64,000 bases of DNA from Octopus bimaculoides. Taxonomy: Eukaryota. The stretch covers positions 78,869,996 to 78,933,995 of the forward strand of contig NC_068991.1 in the NCBI RefSeq assembly GCF_001194135.2, read 5' to 3'. Both the position numbers and the translations under genes were made by a program. This document shows positions 25,551 through 38,125 of the stretch, piece after piece (within the stretch, counting starts at the first letter, position 1; every line of letters begins with the position of its first letter). The notes under the pieces were generated by a model. That model searched no databases. It worked only from the letters and a program-made list of their open reading frames with translations, and had not been told where the DNA came from.

Positions 25551-26515
25551 GTATAGTTTACACATCAAGCAGAGGAAAAATCAATATAAAATCTCCTCCA
25601 TTCAGTGAGAGTGAAATATCAATTTAATACACAACGAAAAGAGCCACTAATAGTTTTATGCTTTTATGATATTTGAACAATCATATTTATAAAGTACGCC
25701 ATGTATCTCAAAGCAATATTTCAAGCTCTGTTTATGCAGATTGAGTTGCTGTCTCATGAACTTTGACACATTTTCTAGCATTTTGTTCTAAATCAGTTCT
25801 ATTTTAACGAGCTTTCTTGATTTCGTTTCCTTTTTCTCGTTCCAATTTTTGCACCAACTTTCTTCACGTGTCTTCCACGTTTTTTTTCTTATTTTCTCAC
25901 TCTCCAGCGTCCTTGTTTTTAAAATATAACATAGGAGCATGAAACTATTAGAAGCGCTTTCGGCTGTGTATTAAATTCATATATATATATATATATATGA
26001 ATTTAATACACAAGAGAATTGAAAAAATACCCCGGAAAATACTACTCTACTTGTATTTACGATGTTTATTTGTGTGAAGGCTAAATGACCAATTTCATTT
26101 GCATTGCTTTGATATCACATCATCTCTCAGTGGAATATATAATTGTAGCAGAGCTGTCAGAATTAAGTACAAAGTCTGAGAACGGGTTGTGAGGTTTGAG
26201 AAAGAGGAAAAGGGGGTAAAACGAGCGTTGGGCGCAACATATGCGTTTTGACATTGGCGGTGAGGAGATTACTAGTTTAGAAGAGAAAACAATGTTTTAT
26301 TAGAAGTAGAAATACGCATCCGTCACTTAGTGCCTTATTTCCCATGGATTAAGGACTATGTTACTGCCTAGAAATGGAGAGCCTGTGAAAGTTGAAAAAG
26401 GGGCAAACTAATTAACGTGTTTAATAGAATTCAGATAGTTTCTAGCCATCACAATGTCTTCTCGTTAATAGAGCTTGGTGTCAAAAAACGTTGCTAATAT
26501 CATGGAGGGCCAAGA

Positions 26516-26731
26516 ACGCGGTGAGATGGCAGAATCGTTAGCACGCCAGACAATGTGCTTAGCGGTATTCCGTCCGTCTTTACGTTCTCAGTTCAAATTC
26601 CGCAGAGGTCGACTTTGTCTTTCATCCTTTCGAGTCGAGGAAATATGTACCAGTTGAATGCTGGGGTTGATGTAATCGACTAGCCCCCTCCTCCGAGCTT
26701 GCTGGCCTTATGCTAAAATTTGAAATCAATA
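26516..26731 (+). mobile_element. SINE family A, full length
   Basis: Head tggcagaatcgttagcacgcc, B box gttcaaattcc, core gtcgactttg.ctttcatcctttcg. Confidence 0.9.
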
Positions 26732-29269
26732 TCTTGGAGGGTCAGGTATTTGTCAGTTTGGGAACTGCTGACCAATTGGTCGTAGTGTATAGAGTTTTGC
26801 TATTCAGTCGGGTTGGTTTTTATTGTAATATTAAATGTGAATCGATATCTGCCTGTTCTTAAGAGCAGTGCATAACAGTTGAGCAACATTGGAATTCCTC
26901 AATTGAGCAGGGTTGAATTATTTTGTTGTTCTGAAAAGAAAAAATATCTTGTCATAGTGATGCAAGTTTCAAAATGTCGTAGTTGTATGGCCGACGATAG
27001 AGACTATTAGTGATTGAGAAGTGTGTCATTTATTATTGGGGACTTTAGCTATTCGTTGTTCATTTGTCGGGTGATGGTGGTAGTGGTAGTGAAGGGCAAA
27101 ATGTTTTGCTTCTTATTGGGAGTGATTATATCTTGCAGAAAATACGTGAAATTCAATAGTAGAGTCATTAATCATATTAAGAAGATTATGTGACTTGGTG
27201 ATGAAAGAACAATGATTAAGGAGAAGTTGATGTGTTCAAGGACGCTGAGAAATTGCAAATTATCAGAATATACAAAGTCTAGATGATTAAATAGGAGGAC
27301 GGAAATGTATTGTTTTCCAGTAACATGAAACGTGAAATACTATAATTTCGACATGTTGCTATCTGTACGATCTGATGGAAAAACAAAAATACATACGTCA
27401 TACAAAACGACAACAACATAAACATGCACAACGAACATTTGTGAAATACAATTATTCGGAATATTAAAATTTTTGTCAAAGTAAAATTGATCTCTATTTT
27501 GAGAAAGAGAACTTTAAAAAAATTAGCGTTTTACATTTTTCAAATAATTAGCTGTTAAAATGAAGTGGTTTGGCTCCAGTTGGCAGCGGTACGTCCCACA
27601 GTTTTCTGGAAAGGTGCAGCTTATGCTACGAAACTCACCAGAAAAGGTTAGAAATATTGATGAATTAGTTCATATTTCAAGCACATTTTGAAAGTTTCAC
27701 AGGCGAGAGCTTATTTATAAAATAAAACTAAATACATTTTGCGGGGATCGCAATGTATTTGTACGAAGTACTCATAATAGTAACATTATTATCATAATCT
27801 ATAGAGTCATTATCACAGTCATATTGTTAAGCACAAGGTGGTTATAAGCAAACTATGTTCGTTTCTCTGAGTATCCATGTCTTTTAATTTAGAAAGGTAT
27901 GCTCCACAAAACACTCCCTAGTTTCCCTGAAGGTAATCTTATTTTTTTATGTCTACTTAATAGACAATTCCTATTTGGAATCTACTTCCTTTTTACTATC
28001 CAGCAGGCAATTTATTGGTGGATAGATACGGTAAGCCGGCTTTGAGCAGCGGCTTAATATTGCTTTAGTTATCTGGGTAAAACCAAAATACCTCGTTCAT
28101 TTTAACTGCAGAACTTTCTGCCTATATTATATAATTAATCTAACGTTCCTATATTATCATGTAAGCAATAGACGCAGGCGAATGTAGAAAACACAGAGCC
28201 TCGCAGGGTCGTAAAAAAATATTGTTATGTGTAGCATTTAGCCGTACATCTGTCATCTCAGGACGTCTTCATTTGTAATGTAATTGTAGATTTAAATAAA
28301 ATCTAAATTATGATATAAAGTTATATTATTTCAATAATTTTAATAACCGAAAAAAATAAAATCAATAACGGTTATTAATGCCGACAGGGCATGTAGGTAT
28401 TTAATTATTAGTTCTTCTGTACATGTGAAACCAAACGACATTAAGTTATAGTTTTGAGGGCGTATTTTCTATACATTCAGCGCTTCTAAACTTTATTTTG
28501 GAGTGGACAAATAGAATGGAACTGGGGAATTTAATAAACGATAAACTTTTATAATTAGTTCGAGTTATGAAAAGAGAAGAATGTATTTTAAGAGCAAATC
28601 TAATAAGTAAAAGAGATAAATACAATGAAAGGAATAGAACAAAAGAGAAACTTTTATGGTTTATGAAAGATAATAATTATTTATAATTCAGTTGCGAGGT
28701 CAGATATTTGGAGAGAGGGCTGAGTCGATCAAATTGACATCAGTGTATGAATGGAATTTTATCCACCTGATGATACTCAAATGTGAACGGGGTGGGTCGA
28801 GAACGTAGAGATACACAACTATATACCGGAAGACTTTTGGTTCGACACTCTAACGATTCTGCCAAACTACTTAAAGCGTTCCACATTTATAACTTCATCG
28901 AATTATCAAACGTAGATCAAAATAGGTCTGTTTGATCAACACCACCAATAACGTAGATATACCAATATGATAGGATGGGCCTGTAAAGTTTAATAAGCGA
29001 CTTCTAGTATAGAAACAAATAAGAGAAATAGCACGGAGGGTGACCAGTGGTATCTATATGTACAACATAGACAAATACAGGTAAATACAGGTATATCAAA
29101 TACCGTATAACATAAATTCTTGAGTTGTTAAAAATTATCCTTGTCTCTGGAGGATATCGCATAATTACCAATTGCCAATTGAGACCATCTCCATACGAGA
29201 GGGGAGAAAATCTCCAAAATTGACCTGCCATGATAGAAAAAGACAGGTGTGAGGAGATGCGAGAAAAGT

Positions 29270-29400
29270 CATGGATATGTGTTTCTTCTCCAATAGGCGT
29301 CATCAACACGACAATTGTCCTACCTTACCTCCAGTAGCCAAGGGAGTAGATGTATACAAGAGAGTAGAACACGTGTATGGTCCAGGAAACCTGCATGAGT
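29270..29400 (+). mobile_element. Possible BEL/Pao Gag zinc-knuckle remnant
   Basis: CFFSNRRHQHDNCPT resembles the CFFC...H...D.CPT knuckle of BEL/Pao Gag; one Cys is lost and the flanks are heavily decayed. Confidence 0.25.
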
Positions 29401-30886
29401 TAAACAATAATGCGGAAGAAATAACTTCGAGTATCCAGCAACATGTGTATGTACAAAATAGACAAACAACCATAGGTATGTCAAATAATATCTTGAATTA
29501 TTAACATTACCTTAGCATGTAGAGGATATGTGACAATGACGATTTGGGAATTAAGACCAGCTCTATATGAGAAAGGGAAATAATCACAAGAAACGAGAAT
29601 TCTCCAAAGTCTACATGCCATTAAGGCAAAGGTATATAATACATACATACATACATACATACGTACGTACGTACACGCACACATACACGTGGTGGATTTG
29701 TGTTGGCTTAAAGCCACCACATATTAAAAAAATTGAAGAGAGTCTTGCACACACACACACACACACACACACTTATGTGTCTGAGACAATATGGCATAAA
29801 TGAGTTTAACGTCCCCATACCAAACAGTATTCATAATAAACATAATTGCAACACAAATATAATTTTAAACAATGATAATTCCAATATTATTTGGATATTA
29901 TTCATAACAAAAACAGTTCCACAATTAAATAACTACAATAGATAGTAAATACAATTCTAACGCTAAGTAAATATAATTTATAATAAATATATTTTTGGCG
30001 TCAAAAGAGAACAACAATATAAAATATAAAAATAATGTAACATCAGTTTTGGTAATATATGAAGAAAAATATAAACAACCATATAGTTATTTGTAATTAG
30101 TGAGGTAAAAAAAAAAAAAAACTAACGAGGTGACAAAAGGCGAAGCAACTGATCATTGTTAGAGTTTAAACAATTAAAAAACACAAAACACAAGAATTTT
30201 TTTGTTTTCGAAATGAATGTAAATATTGCAGCTGTAAAACTAAAAATATTATTCTACTCTTATGGCTAATTTTAAATAATTAATTATGGCTTCAACTCGC
30301 TAACGGTCGTGGGTGGAATCATGAGAATGTGGTGTCTTGTGAGAAACCCTTATGCTTTGCTTTCGGATTCTTCTATTATTGATTTTTGTAATTCATCCTT
30401 TGTGATCGATCTGATAAATAGATGTCCAGTGTAGGATGGTGATACGTTTCACGTTCCTCCAAGCCAATCTTGGCGACTATAGTTCCCTCCATACCGAACA
30501 TATTTAACTTTTCGTCTAGAAAAGCATTAAAAAATCTACACAGGTATTTTAAAAAGATGAATCGAGAGCCAAAAACGGACCCCAAGGCATCATATAAATA
30601 ACAGCAAAATGTTCCTCAAAGAACACCCTGTCATCTTAAATAAAGGAAATATTAGATAAGGAATTCTTAAATAGGTGTAATAAATCAGAGTGTTCCCAAC
30701 TGGAATTATTTTGATCAGAGGCCAACTAGATGTCTTGATTGACCCAGGGCTAAACGAAAACACCAGTAATTTTAGGCGAATTTATATGGTTTAAAATGTC
30801 ATTTATGTTAGCTTTTAAAAACAATCGATGAACAACTTTTTTATGTAACGAATCATTTTAAAAGTTTAAAATATATATATAAATAT

Positions 30887-30972
<86 letters not shown>

Positions 30973-31511
30973 TATAGCCATCAAGTAAATACGATTCCAA
31001 ATTTGTTATGTCTTATGGGTTAAAAATGCGGTGAAGTGTAGCAGATTTATGTTTTCAGAACAGTTAATTTTCAGACTGAAATCGTGGAGGAAAAAAAATC
31101 ATGAAATAAACCTGATTATGTTTTTCTTGTTGTTTATAACGAACAACGGGAAAAGCAATCGATATATAGTGTAGGATGTAATTACATTTATTAGGTTGAT
31201 GTCTTCTGTGGTTAGGTTAACTTTTACGAATGTTCGACCAATCTGTCAGTCCAGCTTTAATGCGACGTGGGACCGGGACTGTTTCATTCTTCACACAGAT
31301 TAGCTGAAACACAACCAAAATGCTGTAATTCACAAACTGAAAAAGACATTTTTCTTGAACGAAGGCAATTTTAATTGACTTGATTACAAAAATTCATTGT
31401 TTAACTTAAATTTTAGATCGAGTTTTCCTTATGAGTTTTCTCGATATATATAACGCTGGAGTGTTATATATATATCACTGTCCAGCGCCTAACAACGTTG
31501 TCTGAATGCAT

Positions 31512-31900
31512 CTACTTAACAACCCAAGTGCCAGGCTGCAAGCCGACCGACGTTTCCCGGTTAATCTCTGCTCCTGCCACCGTCTCGTAAACCTCAATAG
31601 CCTTACCCACTTCACGTAGGCGTGCTACTGTGCTTACGCTGATAGTGATATCGTTCGCGTAAGCTGTAACAAACTCCTCTAAACCTGGTTCTCTCGAGAT
31701 ACCACTCAACCTTTGCAGTAGGAGCTTGAGAGTCACCACATACAAAAGTGGTGAGAACGGACATCCTTGAAGAACCGAGCGCCTGATGCAGAACAGCTTC
31801 GAAATGAAACCTTTCACCCGAACTATCGAGTCAATGTTGTGATACAAAGCGATAAACCACCTGATGAAGCCAAGGTATCGATGGTCAACCCTATAAGGGA
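31512..31900 (-). mobile_element. L1/Tx1-clade LINE reverse transcriptase fragment
   Basis: RVDHRYL...SVLQGCPFSPLLYVVTLKLLLQRL...AYANDITISV...YETVAGAEINRETS; QGCPLSP and YADD motifs are recognisable. Confidence 0.85.
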
Positions 31901-32178
31901 GGCCAGACTAGTGAAATGGAAAAGGAGGCTTTCTGTTGTGTGCTTAGAGTTCGTAGCAAAGCCGGCAGCAGTTACAATGGTGGAACATTTACCACTTAGA
32001 GGTAATATATCCCAGAAGTACCCCTCATACGCTTTAGTATTTTCTAATTTGAGGGGAGGGACACAAAAGTGGTTAAGGAGTATAGTTTATTGAACTGACC
32101 AAAATACTTGTCTGGCCATTAATTTTTCGCCCCACGAGGAAAGTAAAGTCATCTTAGTAATATTCTAATTCAGAACAG

Positions 32179-32410
32179 GGCGGCGAGCCGGCAGAATCGT
32201 TAGCACGCCGGGCGAAATGCGTCGCGGTATTTTGTCTGCCGTTACGTTCTGAATTCAAATTCCGGCGAGGTCGACTTTGCCTTTCATACTTTCGGGGTCG
32301 ATTAAATAAGTACCAGTTACGCACTGGGGACGATGTCATAGACTGAATCCCATTGTCTGTCCTTGTTTGTCCCCGCTATGTTTAACCCCCTGTGAGCAAT
32401 AAAGAAATAA
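32179..32410 (+). mobile_element. SINE family A, full length
   Basis: ggcggcgagccggcagaatcgttagcacgccgggcgaaatg...gaattcaaattcc...cggggtcgattaaataagtaccag. Confidence 0.9.
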
Positions 32411-32896
32411 ATATTTTAATTCAGAACATAAAAGGAAATAGTTAAACACTGTGTGTGAATTTTTTGATATTTGAAAAAGCTCTTCTCTTCCAGAATCCTT
32501 ATTACTGCCAAGCATTTCGCTCGGTGTGCTGACGATTCTGCCAGCTTACCACCTAAATAATAATGATGATGATGATGATGATGATGATAATAATAATAAT
32601 AATAATAGTTTTCATCATAAACAAAAGATAATTAGAAAGGGATGCCAAATTGGTCTCCATTGTTAGTTTCTATTTTAATGTCCAAGCTTCCGTGTTTAAT
32701 TAAGAAAGTAATTATCTAGCGAAAATTTATCTCATTATATATATATAATGAATAAAGGTGTCGATTAGGCAGAATCATAGGAACGTTGGAAAATATTCTT
32801 TGTGATATTTCTTTAGGTTCTACGTTCAAAATTCCGCCTCAACTTGCTCTCCACCCTCTAAATTGGTGGCTTGTACTGAAATGAAAAAGAATTATA

Positions 32897-32938
<42 letters not shown>

Positions 32939-33201
32939 CAGTGTGCAAGTTTACATAACCGACTTAATCTCTTTCCCTAAATTTGAAGCCTTGAGCTTCC
33001 AGTAGAAAGGATTATTATTATTATTATTATTATTATTAAGTCTCACTCTATAAGGATTGTGAAAAGGAAGAACTTTTTCAAATATCAAAAAATTCACACA
33101 CAGTATTTAGCGTTCAAATGATTTAAACTTGCACTCCGAAATTTTTACCGGGGACCAAGTTCGTAGAGTAAAAAGAGTGGCTATAAGAGGAATGTCGGTG
33201 A

Positions 33202-33618
33202 GGAGATATGGAGACAATTATGCGAAGAAACAAATAAAACTGCTTGGCTTTGATTTACAAAATATATATCCATGGATACATGTAAATAGAGAGAAAGCAA
33301 GGACTGAAAATTTTCAGACGATTAATATTCATGTCTAAATATAGAGAAAATTATACATTAACAGATCAAACTTACACAAAATACAAAAGACACTGAAAAT
33401 TAAGGTAGCACCATACCTTCTTCCCTTTAATGTTCTGTGTCTTTTGTACTCTGTGCGAGTTTGCTCTCTTAACAAATAGATATCTTTATATTTAGACATG
33501 AATATTCAACGTCTGAAAATATTGAGTGTTTGGTTTCTCTCTATTTACATGGATATATATTTTGTAAGTCAAATCCAAGCAGTTTTATTTGTTTCTTCGC
33601 ACAACTGTCGTCATCTCC
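33202..33618. mobile_element. Fold-back element / MITE with ~200-bp imperfect inverted arms
   Basis: The left arm (gacaattatgcgaagaaacaaataaaactgcttgg...tacaaaagacactgaaaattaagg) aligns colinearly to the reverse complement of the right arm; spacer is about 20 nt. Confidence 0.75.
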
Positions 33619-33625
33619 CCCTCCC

Positions 33626-33671
<46 letters not shown>

Positions 33672-33675
33672 TTAC

Positions 33676-33890
33676 GGCGGCGAGTTAACAATCGTGAGCG
33701 CGTCAAGAGAATGCTTTGCGGTAGTCATTCCAGCTTTTTAGGTTCTGAGTTCAAGTTCTGCCTAGGTATAGTTTGCTTTTCATCCTTTCGGGGTCGATAA
33801 AGTAAAGTATCGGTGAAATACTGTGGTCGAGGTATCGACTAACCTTTCCCTCTGAAAATGTGTCTGGCCTTGTACCTAAATCAGTAACCG
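33676..33890 (+). mobile_element. SINE family A, degenerate
   Basis: ggcggcgag head and core tttgcttttcatcctttcggggtcgataaa. Confidence 0.8.
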
Positions 33891-34769
33891 CTATCTCCTC
33901 TGCAATATCAGAGCCAAGCACTGATTAGGAATAAGCGAACTTTTCGTTGAAATATGTCACAAACATATTTCAACATCGAATTTTATTTGATGCAATGTTT
34001 AAACTAAAAGCCAAAGCCAACACATTTTTCACTTAAGTTTTAAGTTATTCAGAATAAATAATTAATGTTATAGTCAGGATCTTGTTAATTTCTTATAACC
34101 ACTTGAAAGTTTTCAAACTTTCACCATATTCTTTAGAAAAATAAAATACAGTTCTGTTGTAATTGTGCTGATGTAAGTCGCCTTCATTTTTCTAACTTTT
34201 GTCTTATCTAAGAATTAATAATAAAGAAATTTCTAGCATTTAAATCCATGTAAGTTTTGCCAATCGAATGCGTTCATTGCGAACGTATCGGAGGTCGGAA
34301 CTGTGTGTTGTCATGGAAATCAGCAAAGACAAAAGATAAGACAACGTAGATAAAACCTTTAAGTAGTCCCTCGAACTGTCAGAAATAGTAACGAAATCTT
34401 CCTTCAACTACATTATGACATCTAAAAACAGAAAAGTCGACACATTATCTATCGTAGTTGAGGCATTTTTTGTTTTGTCATTTATAATTAGAGCATCAAA
34501 GCATCGTAATATGTTTCTAAAGTCACAGCGGCACTAAATATGTTTAATATATATTATCATAAACACATTGTATACATTAATAAAGAACATCGTTAGTTTT
34601 GAAAACAAAATCTGGTGAAAATTTGAACAACATCAAGTGATTGGAAGAAATGTGCTTTCGTCGATTCATTTCTGTATCTCTTGCGTATCAATCGTTAGAG
34701 AAGATATAATGGTGTTTAACAGATTAGATAAGCTTCCGTAGTTTTTATCTTTTAACTTTTATTTGCTTC

Positions 34770-34960
34770 GGGGATTTGACTGCAGCCACCCTGAGGCGCG
34801 GCCTTGAAGGGTTTTAGTCGAATAAAATCGACCCCAAGATTAAAAATTTTTAAAACTTGGCACCTATTCTGCCGATCTACCTTGGCCGAACCGCTAACAA
34901 ACCAACACCCCCTTTCAAGCGGTGGTGGAGGACTAACACAAAAACACACTTATATAGATA
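34770..34960 (-). mobile_element. SINE family C, 3' half
   Basis: Similar to 18480-18680. Confidence 0.7.
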
Positions 34961-35744
34961 AGTCTACAAGTATGGTTGTAGCTATCGTTTTTTTCAGATT
35001 TTGAACTACGTTCACCTTGTTAATTTATTTAACGTACCACGACAATGTATTTTCCGAATCATTTGATTTATTGATTAATTTGATTAGCTCACATAACTTC
35101 CTATACGACATTTCTTCGAATCGATGAAGCTCAATCTTCTGGCGTAATTGCTTTTAAACAAAGAAGACTGATAACTAGTCGGTGATCGCATGAATTATAA
35201 CAGGAGATACAGACAACGCCATTGAAGCATTACTTGTTTTAAGACTGTTGATCAGGCCGTCAGCAACATTGTTTTGTTATCAACTCAAATATAAAGCGGT
35301 AGACATCGCTATGATCATTTAACAATATTTCTATCTTGGCAGGGGTATAAACTGACGTATCTTTTATTTCTTTACACTGATTGGAAGGCAGCAGCTATGC
35401 TGCGGTACGGATTTATGGGGTTTAGGCGAGGAAATCAACCCCACTACTTGTTTTTTAAAGTCTATTACTTTTGCTATCGGTATCTTTTGTCCGACCGCTA
35501 GGTTGTAGGTACGTAATCATACCAACACTACCAACATACGTACGGGGTTCGATACATTTAACTAAAATTCTTCAAGGCGATGTTCCAGCATGGCCGCAGT
35601 ATAATGACTAAAGAAAATGAAATATAAATAAGAAATTGCTTGTTTGCCACAACACAAGAACAGCAACAACGATAACAACGTCAACACCAACAGCAGACTT
35701 CGAAATGTGAATAAATAACAGAACAAAAAAGAAAAAAAATTACA

Positions 35745-35866
35745 GGGTTGCTCTGTGAGTAGAAGCTTGTTTCCGAATCACACAGATCTGCGTTCAGTCT
35801 CACTGCGTGGCACCTCGAGCAACTGTCTTCTAATATGGCCTTAGGCCGATCACACTCACATACACA

Positions 35867-35902
<36 letters not shown>

Positions 35903-35932
35903 CACACTGACAGACAGACAGACACGCACACA

Positions 35933-35976
<44 letters not shown>

Positions 35977-37594
35977 TATATATGCATATATATAGGGCAT
36001 AAATGCCTTCACAGACCCTTTTCCCATCACTGGAGGTCTTAAGGAAGGATGCGTCCTGGTACAAATCCGTTTCTCTTTGTACATGGCCGCCATGTTCAAC
36101 GATATCCCACTGGTCTCGCCTTCCATCAACATGCGCTATTGCTTGGATGGCGGACCCTTCAATCTCGCACGTCTCCGCGCAAAGACGAGGACCTCCGCCA
36201 TCACAATCCGTGAAATGCAGTTTGCCCACGACAATGCCACTCCGAGCCGGACCGTAGATGGCCTACAAAGGACGGCTGATGTTTACAACGCGGCTTATGA
36301 ATGCTTCGGGATGCGGGTAAACATATTAAAGAATAAGACCCTGATCCAACCTGCACCAGGCCAGAACAGTTCACCTACGAACATTAGCATCAACGGCTAA
36401 CCCCTAGAAGAAGTTGAACACTTCTCATACCTTGAGGGTATTCTTTCAAAGACCCCACGTGTAAAGAGGACTTGGAGTACTGGATCAGAGCCACCCACTC
36501 CGCCTTCGGTAGACTCATCCAACGCATATTCTTCAATCACGCACTGACCATCCGAACAAAGATCATGGTTTTCCGTGCTATTGTCCTGTCAACTCTTCTC
36601 TGCGCTTGTGAGACTTGGACGCTGTACCGCCGTGACTTCAAGCGCCTTGAATGCTTCCAGTAATCCAGGCTACGACATATCCTCAATATTCGATGGGAAG
36701 ATCACATTACCAACAACGCGGTTCTTCGCCGTTCCTCACTATCAAACGTCGAAGCCACCAATCATCGCCATCATCTCTGCTGGGCAGGTCACGTCCAGCG
36801 TATGGTGCCCTCTCGTCTCCCGAGGATCATGCTCTACGGAGAACTTGCCATCAGAATAAGACCCAGAAGAGGCCCGAAATTCCGTTTTAAAGACCAGCTC
36901 AAACGGACCCTGGCTCAAACTAACATTCATCCATCCTCATAGGAAGAGATTTCCATGGATAGGATAGCCTGGAGGACTGCTATCCGCAATGGAGCCAACT
37001 CCTTTGAGCAGAACAGACAACAGAATGAGGAGGTAAAATGCAGGAAAAGAAAGGAGTGTCTTCAACATCCTTGACCCGCACCGACCATCCCGCACGTGTT
37101 CTGCCCACAACTCTTTGATCATCGACTTGGACTCCAAACATCTGCCGAGGAGACTGGATAGAAGCTGACGAACCCAATGCTCGGATACAAGCTGGAGCCG
37201 ACCATATATANNNNNNNNNNNNNNNNNNNNNNNNNNNNNNNNNNNNNNNNNNNNNNNNNNNNNNNNNNNNNNNNNNNNNNNNNNNNNNNNNNNNNNNNNN
37301 NNNNNNNNNNNNNNNNNNNNNNNNNNNNNNNNNNNNNNNNNNNNNNNNNNNNNNNNNNNNNNNNNNNNNNNNNNNNNNNNNNNNNNNNNNNNNNNNNNNN
37401 NNNNNNNNNNNNNNNNNNNNNNNNNNNNNNNNNNNNNNNNNNNNNNNNNNNNNNNNNNNNNNNNNNNNNNNNNNNNNNNNNNNNNNNNNNNNNNNNNNNN
37501 NNNNNNNNNNNNNNNNNNNNNNNNNNNNNNNNNNNNNNNNNNNNNNNNNNNNNNNNNNNNNNNNNNNNNNNNNNNNNNNNNNNNNNNNNNNNNN

Positions 37595-37629
<35 letters not shown>

Positions 37630-37850
37630 CATACATACATCTGTGTGTGTTTGTCTTGTGTTTGGACCCATCACTGCTTGGCAACCAGTGTTGATTTCTT
37701 TTCGTCCCCATAACATAGCGGTTCGGTAAAAGAGATTGATAGAATAATACCATGCTTCTGAAATAATGTCCTGGTATCGATTCGTTTGACTAAAGCCCTT
37801 AAGGCAGTGCCCCAGCATGGCCGCAGCCCTTTGACTGAAACAAGTAAATG
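35745..37850 (+). mobile_element. SINE family C split by a nested RTE insertion (head 35745-35860, 3' half 37640-37850)
   Basis: Both halves are in the same orientation, separated by (TA)n, the RTE fragment and a gap. Confidence 0.6.
36000..37200 (+). mobile_element. RTE/BovB-like LINE, 5'-truncated RT and C-terminus (pseudogenised)
   Basis: GLKEGCVL..IRFSLYM, REMQFAHD (YADD-like), FGMRVNI.K, VEHFSYL, TKIMVFRAIVLSTLLCACETWT, WAGHVQRM..SRLPRIMLYGEL, RFKDQLK, DRIAWR. Confidence 0.92.
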
Positions 37851-37949
37851 ATAAAAACTATATTACCAATGCTTATAGTATTCACTGCTATTTTAGCGGT
37901 GCAGTGGTTTGTATCCGCCCCACAGCAAACAAGTACCTGGAACTAAATT

Positions 37950-38125
37950 ATTATGGTCTAACAATGGTTTCAAATTTTGTTACAAAGGGAAAAAATTCTG
38001 AGGAGTGGGTAAGTCGATTACGTAGACTCCAGTGTTCAACTGGTACTTATTTTATAGACCCCGAAATGATGAAAGGCAAAACTAACCTCGGCTGAATTTG
38101 AACTCAGAACGTAAGGACGAACGAC
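37950..38125 (-). mobile_element. SINE family A, 5'-truncated
   Basis: Reverse complement of the family A core. Confidence 0.8.

Noticed and set aside
26990-27060. FIIGDFS, an AP-endonuclease-like motif
   Set aside because: A single short motif with an unrecognisable context.
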